This document shows, piece by piece, positions 29,353-38,408 of a DNA stretch of 64,000 bases (positions are counted from its first letter, which is position 1; each line of letters starts with the position of its first letter). Origin of the DNA: Arenicellales bacterium (GTDB taxonomy: Bacteria; Pseudomonadota; Gammaproteobacteria; Arenicellales; JAJDZL01). The DNA is taken from assembly GCA_965200765.1 (NCBI GenBank), contig OZ241380.1:2706417-2770416 (forward strand). The letters run 5' to 3'. Below the pieces are notes generated by a model. That model made no database searches and was not told the origin of the DNA. It saw only the letters and a program-made list of their open reading frames with translations. Made by a program: the position numbers and the translations under genes.

Positions 29353-30469
29353 AGCTTTTCAAATTTTTGCTTACACTTTTTGCAATTGCTCGTGCCAGTT
29401 CGACTGGCACTGCATTGCCTATCCATCGGGCAACTGTAGAGGTATTCGGTTGTTCGCCACTCTTTGAAAACTGGTAATTACGTGGGAATGTCTGCAATAA
29501 TGCCGCTTCCCGCAAAGATATTGCTCTGTCTTGTTCGGGATGCCCGAACCTGCCGTTTCCAAATCCGTAGCATTGAGTTGTAATCGTTGGGCCAAGTTCG
29601 TTCCACATCATACGTCCGTAAACACTACTGTAAGATTCCCCTGTCTTCTTTTTGTGGCAATTTGCAACCAGGAACTGGTCCCAATCTCGCCACGAACCCC
29701 CTGGTTTGGAGGCTCGAATTCTCGCCAGATTAATTTCTGTTAGCCGGCTTGAACGGTGCAAAGCATCTTCTGCATCGCATTCCCCGGCCGAAATAGGAGG
29801 TAATGTAGAGATTGCATCTTTGACAGTGATGTAGTTTTCGGGTTCATGCGTGGGCGGCACAAGTTCAATTTTTCCCAACTTTGAAGCGAGCAATACAAGA
29901 CGCTTTCGAAGCTGAGGGACTCCGTAGTCCGCACACTTTATGATGTTCCACCAAACAAAATAGCCATCATCTTTCAATTTCTGTTCAAACTCCTGAAACA
30001 AATGGCCACCTTTATAACTGACCAGTCTCGGGACATTTTCCATAGATACAATATCGGGCTGCGATTCACGAATGATTTGACTAAAGTCTCGTAGTAGCCG
30101 CCACTTGCCTTGTTTTCCACCGTTGGTATAAGTCGAAAAAGGTTGACATGGTGCACAACCAACCAGAATTTTCGGTTCATCCCGGTGAAAATATTCATTC
30201 AAATCCACACCTTGAATGTCCTGAATATCCCGCTTCAGAAATTCTGCATTATTATTGTTCCTTTCATAAGCATAGCTGCACGTAGCATCCGTATCAATTC
30301 CGGCTGCAACCGTAAAACCCTCCAGCAGGAATCCATGGCTCAAGCCACCAATTCCACAAAACAAATCAACAACTCTTCCGGGCCTGTTGTTCGTGTGTGC
30401 TTTCAGTGAGCGCCCATGGCATCGGTCTGCTCTCTTTGCAGGCTTGCAAATGACTTCGTGCTGTTCCAT
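29342..30469 (-). CDS. DNA (cytosine-5)-methyltransferase
   Basis: All hallmark motifs are present: DLFCGIGGLSHGF (I), GCAPCQPFS (IV, catalytic Cys), SMENVPRL (VI), QLRKRLVLLAS (VIII) and GNAVPV (X). Confidence 0.9.
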   Translation of the reverse strand: MEQHEVICKPAKRADRCHGRSLKAHTNNRPGRVVDLFCGIGGLSHGFLLEGFTVAAGIDTDATCSYAYERNNNNAEFLKRDIQDIQGVDLNEYFHRDEPKILVGCAPCQPFSTYTNGGKQGKWRLLRDFSQIIRESQPDIVSMENVPRLVSYKGGHLFQEFEQKLKDDGYFVWWNIIKCADYGVPQLRKRLVLLASKLGKIELVPPTHEPENYITVKDAISTLPPISAGECDAEDALHRSSRLTEINLARIRASKPGGSWRDWDQFLVANCHKKKTGESYSSVYGRMMWNELGPTITTQCYGFGNGRFGHPEQDRAISLREAALLQTFPRNYQFSKSGEQPNTSTVARWIGNAVPVELARAIAKSVSKNLKSYGC

Positions 30470-30781
30470 ATCGAACTGGTGCTTGAATATTATTCTGTAT
30501 TGATTCCACCCCTATAGTATCAAAGCAGGATGAATATGAATAGGTCAGATTCGAAAATCGAACATCGTGTGAAATTGAATCTGCTTGTCAATTGTAATTC
30601 TTTTTCGAATACAGCGACCACTGGAGTATGTTTCGGGGAACACTCATATTTCCTCGGAACCTTTTCAGCTTCGCAAACTGACACGCGAAATTAATTCTAC
30701 GCCAATCCGGCAAAATTGTGTACAATGGAATGTTTGCGTCTGTAAGACTCATTCCCCTTTTCACACTGATATTCGAAGAAA

Positions 30782-31825
30782 ATGAACACCAAGCGTAAAG
30801 CTGTTGCATTAATCTCCGGCGGATTGGATTCCATGCTGGCCGCGCAGGTTATGCTTGAACAGGACATACATGTCGAGGGTATCAATTTCTTCACCGGATT
30901 TTGTGTTGAAGGGCATACCCATGCAATCCGCAACAAAAACCGAAACAAGGCAAAGCGCAACAACGCTTTGTGGACCGCTGAGCAATTGGGCATAAAACTG
31001 CACATTATTGACGTGATCGAACCGTACAAGGATGTTGTATTGAATCCGAAGCACGGCTATGGTGCAAATCTGAATCCTTGCCTGGACTGCAAATCGTTCA
31101 TGGTCGGTCGCGCTCGAAACTGGATGGAAGAACAACAGTTCGACTTCATTGTTACCGGTGAAGTGCTCGGCCAGCGCCCAATGTCGCAACGACGCGACAC
31201 CTTTCCGGTGGTTGCTACTGAATCCGGTGCCGACGATCTGTTGCTACGCCCTTTGTGTGCAAAATTGCTACCCGAAACACTGCCGGAACGACAAGGCTGG
31301 GTAAATCGCGACGCACTGCATGCGTTTTCCGGTCGTAGCCGCAAGCCCCAGATGGAGCTGGCCAAAAAATTTGGCTTTACAGACTATGCGCAACCTGCCG
31401 GCGGTTGTTGTTTCCTTACCGACGAAGCATATGCACGCAAATTGCAGGATCTGTGGGATCATCGCGGTAGCAAGACCTATGAATTCGATGACATCATGCT
31501 ACTCAAGGTGGGGCGACACTTGCGGCCCAAACCAGACTGGAAACTGATTGTCGCACGCGATGCAGGCGAGACGCGGTTCATGAGCGGCTACAAGAATCAA
31601 TTCCCGCATGTCATCATAACCAGTCATTCAGGTCCATTGACTTTGATTGACGGGGAAATACCGGACGACGATATTGAACTGGCCGCCAGTTTGGCCGCCA
31701 GATTTGGCAGTTCTCGGAATGCCGACAGAGTGGAAATGAGATTCTCAAGAGGCAATGGCGACCAACGCACCTTGTATGTGTCACCAATGAAGCCCGAAGA
31801 GGTAAAAGAACATTGGTACGTGTAG
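30782..31825 (+). CDS. PP-loop ATP pyrophosphatase, ThiI/MnmA-like putative tRNA sulfurtransferase
   Basis: Contains the SGGLDS PP-loop at the N-terminus (AVALISGGLDSMLAA) and conserved Cys motifs NPCLDCK and PAGGCCFLTD. It is followed by, and overlaps, a TusA-like gene. Confidence 0.6.
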   Translation: MNTKRKAVALISGGLDSMLAAQVMLEQDIHVEGINFFTGFCVEGHTHAIRNKNRNKAKRNNALWTAEQLGIKLHIIDVIEPYKDVVLNPKHGYGANLNPCLDCKSFMVGRARNWMEEQQFDFIVTGEVLGQRPMSQRRDTFPVVATESGADDLLLRPLCAKLLPETLPERQGWVNRDALHAFSGRSRKPQMELAKKFGFTDYAQPAGGCCFLTDEAYARKLQDLWDHRGSKTYEFDDIMLLKVGRHLRPKPDWKLIVARDAGETRFMSGYKNQFPHVIITSHSGPLTLIDGEIPDDDIELAASLAARFGSSRNADRVEMRFSRGNGDQRTLYVSPMKPEEVKEHWYV

Positions 31826-32043
31826 ACTGCAAACTGGATGCACGGCAGTTGCTTTGCCCCATGCCTGTCATACGCACGCAGGAAAAAGTATCAGCGTTGC
31901 AACGCGGAAATGTGCTGGAAGTACGGTGCACAGACCCCGGTGCGCTGGTTGACATACCAGCATGGTGTCGTGTGCATGGTCATCGGGTACTTCAGACCGA
32001 GGAATGCGATAATGAATACATCGTTCAATTGCGAGTTTGCTGA
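31813..32043 (+). CDS. TusA/SirA-family sulfur carrier protein
   Basis: 76 aa with LDARQLLCPMPVIRTQEKV (the CPxP active-site motif). TTG start overlaps the upstream PP-loop gene by 13 nt. Confidence 0.75.
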   Translation: MVRVDCKLDARQLLCPMPVIRTQEKVSALQRGNVLEVRCTDPGALVDIPAWCRVHGHRVLQTEECDNEYIVQLRVC

Positions 32044-32130
32044 AATGCAAAGCCTTGAACCGGTTGAGCGCGGTTGAATATTAAGGTGCAACACAACCAT
32101 TGTTCGCACTGATTTTGCATGAAGTGTTCA

Positions 32131-32158
32131 GAATATGCACTAAATTTAGTGCATATTC
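32131..32158. promoter_or_regulatory. Perfect 28-bp palindrome GAATATGCACTAAA|TTTAGTGCATATTC upstream of glnA. It is a candidate NtrC-type (TGCAC...GTGCA) binding site.
   Basis: I verified that the reverse complement of the left arm equals the right arm. The TGCAC/GTGCA core resembles the enterobacterial NtrC site TGCACC-N5-GGTGCA, but the half-site spacing differs by 1 bp. It lies 115 bp upstream of the glnA ATG. Confidence 0.45.
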
Positions 32159-32272
32159 TCTTTTATCAGGTTAAAATCTGATATGTTTGTGTGTACTATT
32201 TTGCACAAACATTGCTGATTACCCATTTATGGAAATTTTTATTCGCAAATCACCAGACGAGGAGATTGAAAT

Positions 32273-33682
32273 ATGTCTGTAGAAAGTGTGATGAGTCTAA
32301 TCAAGGAGAAGAACGTAAAGTTCATCGACTTGAGACTTACCGATACTCATGGAAAAGAACAGCATCTTTCCATACCCACAGAATCTTTTTCGGAAGAAAT
32401 CTTTGAAGAAGGCACTATGTTTGACGGTTCATCCATTGCGGGCTGGAGATCCATTGACAATTCGGACATGGTAATGATGCCTGACCCGGAAACCGCGATG
32501 ATTGATCCGTTCATGCAGGAAACGACATTGCTGATCCGATGCGATGTCTATGACCCGATGACGGGGCAACCATACGACAAGGATCCCAGAAGTATTGCAA
32601 GGAAAGCTGAAAAACATTTGATTTCAACTGGAATTGCGGATACTGCCTACTTCGGTCCCGAACTTGAATTCTTTGTGTTCGACGGCGTGAGATGGGGCAA
32701 TACAATGCGGTCGTCTTTCTATGAAATCCGTTCATCTGAAGGTTCCTGGGCCTCGGATGAAAGTTTTGATCAAGGTCCCAATTTCGGGCATCGTCCCTCC
32801 ATCAAGGGCGGTTACTTTCCGGTTCCGCCGATGGACTCCATGTCCGACTTACGCTCTGCCATGTGTCACGCAATGTCAGACATGGGACTCGTCATTGAAA
32901 AACATCACCATGAAGTGGCAACAGCAGGACAGGCAGAAATTGGAATGAAATATGGCACCTTGCTCAAGCAAGCCGATATTTCACAGATCTATAAGTACTG
33001 CGTCCACAATGTTGCACGGGTTCATGGAATGACTGCAACTTTCATGCCCAAGCCGCTAATGGGCGACAACGGTACTGGAATGCACGTTCACCAATCGCTG
33101 TTCAAAAAAGGCAAAAACCTGTTTGCCGGTGAAAAATACGCCAACCTGAGCCAGAATGCGCTTTACTATATTGGCGGCATTTTCAAGCACGCACAAGCAC
33201 TGAATGCGTTTACAAACCCCACCACCAACAGTTATCGACGGTTGGTTCCGGGATATGAAGCGCCTGTACTGCTTGCTTATTCGGCACGCAACCGGTCGGC
33301 ATCTTGCCGTATTCCGTATGGGCCAAGGAACTCGACCCGCGTTGAAGTCCGCTTTCCGGACCCATCTGCGAACCCGTACTTGGCATTCACGGCCATGATG
33401 ATGGCCGGCATCGACGGAATTCAAAACAAGATTGCTCCGGGTGAACCCCTGGATGTTGACTTGTACGGACTGTCTCCCGAGGAAGAAGCCAAGATCCCGC
33501 ATGTTGCACAGAATCTTGGCGATGCACTCCGCTCATTGGACCGGGACCGAGAGTTCCTGACCGCAAGTGGTGTATTTACGGACTCTGTAATCGATTCGTT
33601 TATCGAGCTAAAGGCCGAAGAGTTTGATCGCTTGCGTCTGGCAGCTCATCCGCTTGAATTTGAGATGTACTACAGTGTGTAG
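32273..33682 (+). CDS. glnA: Glutamine synthetase type I
   Basis: 469 aa. The N-terminal beta-grasp region ([16 protein letters not shown]) and the catalytic region ([30 protein letters not shown]) are typical of GlnA. GAGG lies 8 nt upstream of the ATG. Confidence 0.95.
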   Translation: MSVESVMSLIKEKNVKFIDLRLTDTHGKEQHLSIPTESFSEEIFEEGTMFDGSSIAGWRSIDNSDMVMMPDPETAMIDPFMQETTLLIRCDVYDPMTGQPYDKDPRSIARKAEKHLISTGIADTAYFGPELEFFVFDGVRWGNTMRSSFYEIRSSEGSWASDESFDQGPNFGHRPSIKGGYFPVPPMDSMSDLRSAMCHAMSDMGLVIEKHHHEVATAGQAEIGMKYGTLLKQADISQIYKYCVHNVARVHGMTATFMPKPLMGDNGTGMHVHQSLFKKGKNLFAGEKYANLSQNALYYIGGIFKHAQALNAFTNPTTNSYRRLVPGYEAPVLLAYSARNRSASCRIPYGPRNSTRVEVRFPDPSANPYLAFTAMMMAGIDGIQNKIAPGEPLDVDLYGLSPEEEAKIPHVAQNLGDALRSLDRDREFLTASGVFTDSVIDSFIELKAEEFDRLRLAAHPLEFEMYYSV

Positions 33683-33728
33683 GAGTCCACGCTTCTGCAA
33701 AGCTGTTTAATCACTCATCACACTACAC

Positions 33729-33755
33729 TGTCGCCGGGCATCCAATGCCCGGCGA
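33729..33755 (+). terminator. Strong GC-rich hairpin just downstream of glnA (12-bp perfect stem, 3-nt loop) with no U-tract
   Basis: GTCGCCGGGCAT cca ATGCCCGGCGAC read directly. It is followed by cttcgcag rather than a T-run, so it may be a partial terminator or an RNA-stabilising element. Confidence 0.45.
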
Positions 33756-33975
33756 CCTTCGCAGTACAGAATCCTCAGACAATCAAAGCAAGTCTTCTGT
33801 CGAAACAGGCGGGGACAATTTGGCAGTGAGCAACAACAATGGTTCTATCCTTGGAAATTGCTCACACTCCAAATCTTCAGGTCGTTTCGAGCTGGCGGTC
33901 CCATCCACTGGCCACTGCAACAACGATTTGCTATCGGAAGTTGCAAATCAAAATTGGCAAACACTGCGCCAGTAA
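33745..33975 (+). pseudogene. Possible heavily decayed relic of the NtrB (GlnL) ATP-binding domain, in the position where ntrB normally sits
   Basis: The 76-aa ORF contains VETGGDNL (compare NtrB G1 box VEDNGPGI), GSILG (compare GTGLGL) and SSGRFELAVPSTGH (compare HSGKIEFTSWPGH). These occur in the right order but with shortened spacers. The comparison is made from memory of E. coli NtrB. Confidence 0.25.
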
Positions 33976-34077
33976 TCCCGAACAATACTCGAATTTTCCT
34001 CTTTTCCCCATCGCTCTTCGGGGATGTATAGAGTGGCACGTTGCCAACACTAGTGCCGGTGAAGGAGAAATTGTCGC

Positions 34078-35493
34078 ATGAATATTTCATCATCGCCGGT
34101 TTGGATTATTGACAACGATCCATCCATCCACTGGCTATTGGAACAGGCATTGCAAAATGAAGGATTTGAATCTCGCTCCTTCTTCGACGCGAAAGACGCT
34201 CTGGAAAATTTCGGACCGCAACAACCCGCGCTGATTGTTGTCGATGCACAGGTGCCGGGTATGGACTGTTTTGAATTTCTGGAGCGCATTCAAAGGAGAA
34301 AGCCGGAACTGCCCGTTATTGTAATGGTCGCTTACTCCGATCTGAATACGACTGTGGAAGCACTTCAGCGCGGCGCACACAATTACCTTCCCAAGCCTTT
34401 CAACAACGTTGAAGCCATTACTCTGATTCGTAATGTGATGCAGAGTTCCACTACCGATACGGAACTGGACGAACCGTTTGTGCCGAGCACAATGATCGGT
34501 GAATCACCTACCATGCAGGAATTGTTTCGTACAATCCGCCGTTTGTCCAAGTCCACGCTGAATGTGCTGGTTACCGGTGAATCCGGTACCGGCAAGGAAC
34601 TGGTTGCCCGTGCATTGTTTGAAAACAGCAAACGAAACAATAAACCGTTTGTGGTGATCAATGCAGAAGCAATTCCCATGGATTTGCTTGAGTCAGAGTT
34701 GTTTGGATATGAAGCTGCCTCATTTGCAGGAGCCGGCCGGCATCGTGTCGGGGGAATTGAGAAGGCCGATGGAGGTACTTTGTTTCTTGATGAAATCGGT
34801 GACTTGTCCCTCGAACTCCAAGGTCACCTGTTAAGGGTTTTGTCAGAAGGAAAATTTTATCGATTCGGTGGCATCAGGCAAGTTTCTGTGAATGTTCGTA
34901 TCATTGCTACCACCAACCGGAATTTGGAAGATCTGGTCAGGCAAAACAAGTTTCGAGCGGATTTGTACCATAGATTGAACGCGTTACGCGTAAATGTAGT
35001 ACCGGTACGCGAGCGTACCATGGACATACCGCTTCTGGTCCGCGCGTTTCTTCGGCGAGCTGCCAAGCACCAAAAGGTTGCCGAAAAAGAGATGTCCCCC
35101 GAAGCAATGCGATGCTTGACGATGTACAATTGGCCGGGCAATGTCCGGGAAATCATCAATGTATGTCGACTGCTTGTTGTGACGACTGCGGCGCGCACCA
35201 TTTCAGTAAAAGATCTGCCTCCGGAATTTCGTCCCACCCAGTTAGTCGAGGATGCGGCTATCGAAGCGCTGGACTGGCAATCTCCGTTAATCTTGCATAT
35301 ACAGCAATTACTGTATCAAGGTGAAGAAAACATCGGTGATTATCTCAAGGAGGAATTCGATGATATTGTTGCAAGGACTGCAATCGAATTCTTCAACGGT
35401 TCAAAAACTGATGCCGCGAAGCGTTTGGGTTGGAGTCGAAACAGAGTATACCGCAAAATGCAGGATACAGACGACACCATCCGCGAACACTGA
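34078..35493 (+). CDS. ntrC: NtrC-family response regulator (receiver + AAA+ sigma54-interaction domain + Fis-type HTH), atypical
   Basis: Collinear with E. coli NtrC: VWIIDNDPSIHWLLEQAL, VVDAQVPGMD, YLPKPF, GESGTGKELVA, GGTLFLDEIG, WPGNVRE and AAKRLGWSRNRVYRKM. The GAFTGA loop reads ASFAGA (34717-34734). Confidence 0.85.
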   Translation: MNISSSPVWIIDNDPSIHWLLEQALQNEGFESRSFFDAKDALENFGPQQPALIVVDAQVPGMDCFEFLERIQRRKPELPVIVMVAYSDLNTTVEALQRGAHNYLPKPFNNVEAITLIRNVMQSSTTDTELDEPFVPSTMIGESPTMQELFRTIRRLSKSTLNVLVTGESGTGKELVARALFENSKRNNKPFVVINAEAIPMDLLESELFGYEAASFAGAGRHRVGGIEKADGGTLFLDEIGDLSLELQGHLLRVLSEGKFYRFGGIRQVSVNVRIIATTNRNLEDLVRQNKFRADLYHRLNALRVNVVPVRERTMDIPLLVRAFLRRAAKHQKVAEKEMSPEAMRCLTMYNWPGNVREIINVCRLLVVTTAARTISVKDLPPEFRPTQLVEDAAIEALDWQSPLILHIQQLLYQGEENIGDYLKEEFDDIVARTAIEFFNGSKTDAAKRLGWSRNRVYRKMQDTDDTIREH

Positions 35494-35665
35494 AAATCAG
35501 AATTTGTCGTTGCGGAAATACATATTTGCGCCTGAATATTGTCAAAAGATCGTTGGTTCTCCCCTATAATGCAAGTGCAAAAAGCAACTGGCGACCCAGG
35601 CACCTGGAAGCCAGTCGAAATTGCTTGAACAGTTGAACCATCCAAGTCTACCGGGAAACCTGAAC

Positions 35666-36880
35666 ATGGGAAAGGAATACATATTTACATCCGAGTCGGT
35701 CTCCGAAGGCCATCCCGACAAGATGGCCGATCAAATTTCCGATGCAATTCTTGACACACTGCTAAAGCAGGATCAGGGTAGCCGCGTCGCTTGCGAAACT
35801 TTGGTGAAATCAAAGATTGACGTGACCAATGGAAATAGTACGAATATCTCTCACAAGACGGTTCTGGCCGGTGAAGTCTCGACCTCGGCCAAGGATGTAG
35901 ATTATGAACAGATCGCCCGGAATGCGATCAAGTTCATTGGTTATGATTCCGATGACAAGGGCTTCAACTGGCAAACTTGCGAAGTTGAAACAATCATCAA
36001 TGAACAATCGCCGGATATTTCCCGCGGCGTTGCTGAAGGAGATGAGCAAGGTGCCGGTGACCAGGGATTGATGTTCGGATTTGCTTGCGACGAAACCGAC
36101 GTCCTGATGCCATGGCCCATAACTTACGCTCATCGGCTTGTCAAAAAACAGGCAGAACTCAGAAAAGCCGAAAGCAGTTCCTTGAAGTGGTTGGGCCCGG
36201 ATGCCAAGTCTCAGGTCAGCGTTGTTTATGATGAATATCAACCGTTACGCGTTCACGCGGTAGTGTTGTCAACGCAACATGATGAAAGCATTTCCCAGTC
36301 GCAAATACGCGAAGCGGTGATTGAGGAAATTATCAAGCCGGTAATCCCGGCGAATATGATGCCGGCTAACGATCAAATCCATGTCAATCCGACGGGCAAA
36401 TTTGTGGATGGCGGACCCAAAGCGGACTGTGGATTGACCGGTCGTAAAATTATCGTTGATACCTACGGCGGCATGTCGCGGCATGGTGGTGGCGCATTTT
36501 CCGGAAAAGATCCATCGAAAGTAGACCGTTCAGCAGCCTATTTGATGCGCTATGTTGCCAAGAATGTCGTGGCCGCTGGGCTCGCCAAACGCTGTGAAGT
36601 GCAAGTATCGTATGCAATCGGAGTCGCCAAACCGATATCACTGATGATCAATACCTTTGGAACCGGCGCACATGACGATGCAAAAATCGCTGATATCGTA
36701 TCGAATAACTTTGATTTGCGGCCAGCGAAAATCATTGAAACGCTGGACTTGCTGCGGCCGATTTATCAACAGTCTGCCTGCTATGGTCACTTCGGAAGAA
36801 CCGAACCGGAATTTTCCTGGGAAAAAACCGACGTGGCACCTCAATTGAGGGAAGCGGCCGGACTTGCCCCTCATTCATAA
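35666..36880 (+). CDS. metK: S-adenosylmethionine synthetase
   Basis: [36 protein letters not shown] and [19 protein letters not shown] are all present. I prefer the internal ATG at 35666 ([10 protein letters not shown]) over the track start at 35621. Confidence 0.93.
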   Translation: MGKEYIFTSESVSEGHPDKMADQISDAILDTLLKQDQGSRVACETLVKSKIDVTNGNSTNISHKTVLAGEVSTSAKDVDYEQIARNAIKFIGYDSDDKGFNWQTCEVETIINEQSPDISRGVAEGDEQGAGDQGLMFGFACDETDVLMPWPITYAHRLVKKQAELRKAESSSLKWLGPDAKSQVSVVYDEYQPLRVHAVVLSTQHDESISQSQIREAVIEEIIKPVIPANMMPANDQIHVNPTGKFVDGGPKADCGLTGRKIIVDTYGGMSRHGGGAFSGKDPSKVDRSAAYLMRYVAKNVVAAGLAKRCEVQVSYAIGVAKPISLMINTFGTGAHDDAKIADIVSNNFDLRPAKIIETLDLLRPIYQQSACYGHFGRTEPEFSWEKTDVAPQLREAAGLAPHS

Positions 36881-36895
36881 CCAGACAGGAAACCA

Positions 36896-38206
36896 ATGAA
36901 AGCAGTACTACGCTCCGTTACTCAAGATTACAAAGTCGCTGACATCGGCTTGGCTGAATGGGGCCGAAAAGAAATTTCAATTGCTGAAACCGAGATGCCG
37001 GGGTTGATGGCCCTGCGCACCAAGTATGCAGAGGAGCAACCACTGAAAGGCGCGCGAATTGTCGGCTGTCTGCACATGACCATTCAGACGGCAGTACTGA
37101 TCGAAACACTAACCGCATTGGGTGCCGAAGTTCGCTGGTCGTCATGCAACATATTTTCCACACAAGATCATGCTGCCGCAGCAATTGCAGTAACCGGTGT
37201 TCCAGTATTTGCCTGGAAGGGAGAAACCGAAGATGAGTACTGGTGGTGCGTTGACCAAACCATAGTCGGCAATGACGACTGGGTCCCGAATATGCTTCTG
37301 GACGATGGCGGTGATCTGACACTTGTCATGCACGAGAAATATCCGGAAATTATGAAGCAAATACGCGGGCTTACGGAAGAAACAACAACAGGAGTACACC
37401 GCCTGTATGAAATGATGAGCAAGGGTACGCTCCAGTGTCCGGCCTTCAATGTCAACGACTCGGTAACCAAAAGCAAGTTCGACAACTTGTACGGATGCCG
37501 CGAATCATTGCTTGATGGCATCAAGCGCGCCACGGATACGATGATTGCGGGGAAAACTGCGGTTGTCTGCGGCTATGGAGATGTCGGCAAGGGATGTGCG
37601 CAATCACTGAGAGGACAGGGGGCGACAGTACTGATTACGGAAATCGACCCAATTTGCGCATTGCAAGCCGCGATGGAGGGATATCGGGTTACTACCATGG
37701 AAGAAGCGGCTCCCCAAGCAGATATTTTTGTTACTGCCACTGGCAATTGGCATGTCATCACGATTGATCACATGAAAGCTATGAAAAATCAGGCGATTGT
37801 TTGCAATATCGGGCATTTTGACGGTGAAATTGATATTGCGTCGTTACGCAAGCTGGAATGGGAGAATATCAAGCCGCAAGTGGACCATGTTATTTTCCCC
37901 GACGGCAAAAGACTGATTGTGCTTGCTGAGGGGCGACTGGTGAATCTGGGCTGTGCAACCGGACATCCGAGTTTCGTAATGTCCAATTCATTTACGAACC
38001 AGGTGCTTGCACAAATCGAGCTCTGGACAAAATCGGACGAATACAAGAATCAGGTTTATGTCTTGCCGAAGTTGCTTGATGAAGAAGTGGCGAGATTGCA
38101 CCTGGACAAAATCGGTGTAAATCTGACTCACCTCACTGAGGAGCAAGCCGAATACATCAATGTTCCGGTTGAAGGGCCGTTCAAGCCCGAATATTACCGC
38201 TATTAG
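36896..38206 (+). CDS. ahcY: Adenosylhomocysteinase
   Basis: [17 protein letters not shown], the NAD site [10 protein letters not shown], and the C-terminal YRY are present. It starts 15 nt after the metK stop, so it is likely an operon with metK. Confidence 0.95.
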   Translation: MKAVLRSVTQDYKVADIGLAEWGRKEISIAETEMPGLMALRTKYAEEQPLKGARIVGCLHMTIQTAVLIETLTALGAEVRWSSCNIFSTQDHAAAAIAVTGVPVFAWKGETEDEYWWCVDQTIVGNDDWVPNMLLDDGGDLTLVMHEKYPEIMKQIRGLTEETTTGVHRLYEMMSKGTLQCPAFNVNDSVTKSKFDNLYGCRESLLDGIKRATDTMIAGKTAVVCGYGDVGKGCAQSLRGQGATVLITEIDPICALQAAMEGYRVTTMEEAAPQADIFVTATGNWHVITIDHMKAMKNQAIVCNIGHFDGEIDIASLRKLEWENIKPQVDHVIFPDGKRLIVLAEGRLVNLGCATGHPSFVMSNSFTNQVLAQIELWTKSDEYKNQVYVLPKLLDEEVARLHLDKIGVNLTHLTEEQAEYINVPVEGPFKPEYYRY

Positions 38207-38408
38207 TCATTCGACCTGTCACATCGAATAAAACGGCGACCGGAACTTCAACCGGCCTTGGCCTGAGCAAAACAGTCCAGCTCGGCAATCGCGACCTCGG
38301 ATTCCTGTGAACTCAATATGCGGCGGCCCTGGCAGTCCGGAGAACTGCCAAGCTATACTATGGTCCCCCGCGAAGCCTACTAACTTTGCGAGGTGTGTGC
38401 TGTTGTGC

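Noticed and set aside
35494-35665. metK-ahcY leader with a perfect TATAAT (35565-35570) and the hairpin CTGGCgaCCCAGgcacCTGGaaGCCAG (about 35586-35612), considered as a SAM or SAH riboswitch
   Set aside because: I cannot match it to the SAM-I/II/V or SAH riboswitch consensus from memory, and no good -35 lies at 17-bp spacing. It needs an Rfam/Infernal scan before any claim.
35621-35665. Upstream-extended starts proposed by the track for metK (35621), dnaE2 (44113), pepN (49707), imuA (42001), MNT (47765), the ATPase (39438), paralog 1 (59977) and the PBP (58007)
   Set aside because: In each case an internal ATG gives the conserved family N-terminus, a better RBS or stop-start coupling. The extensions add non-conserved residues or overlap the upstream gene.
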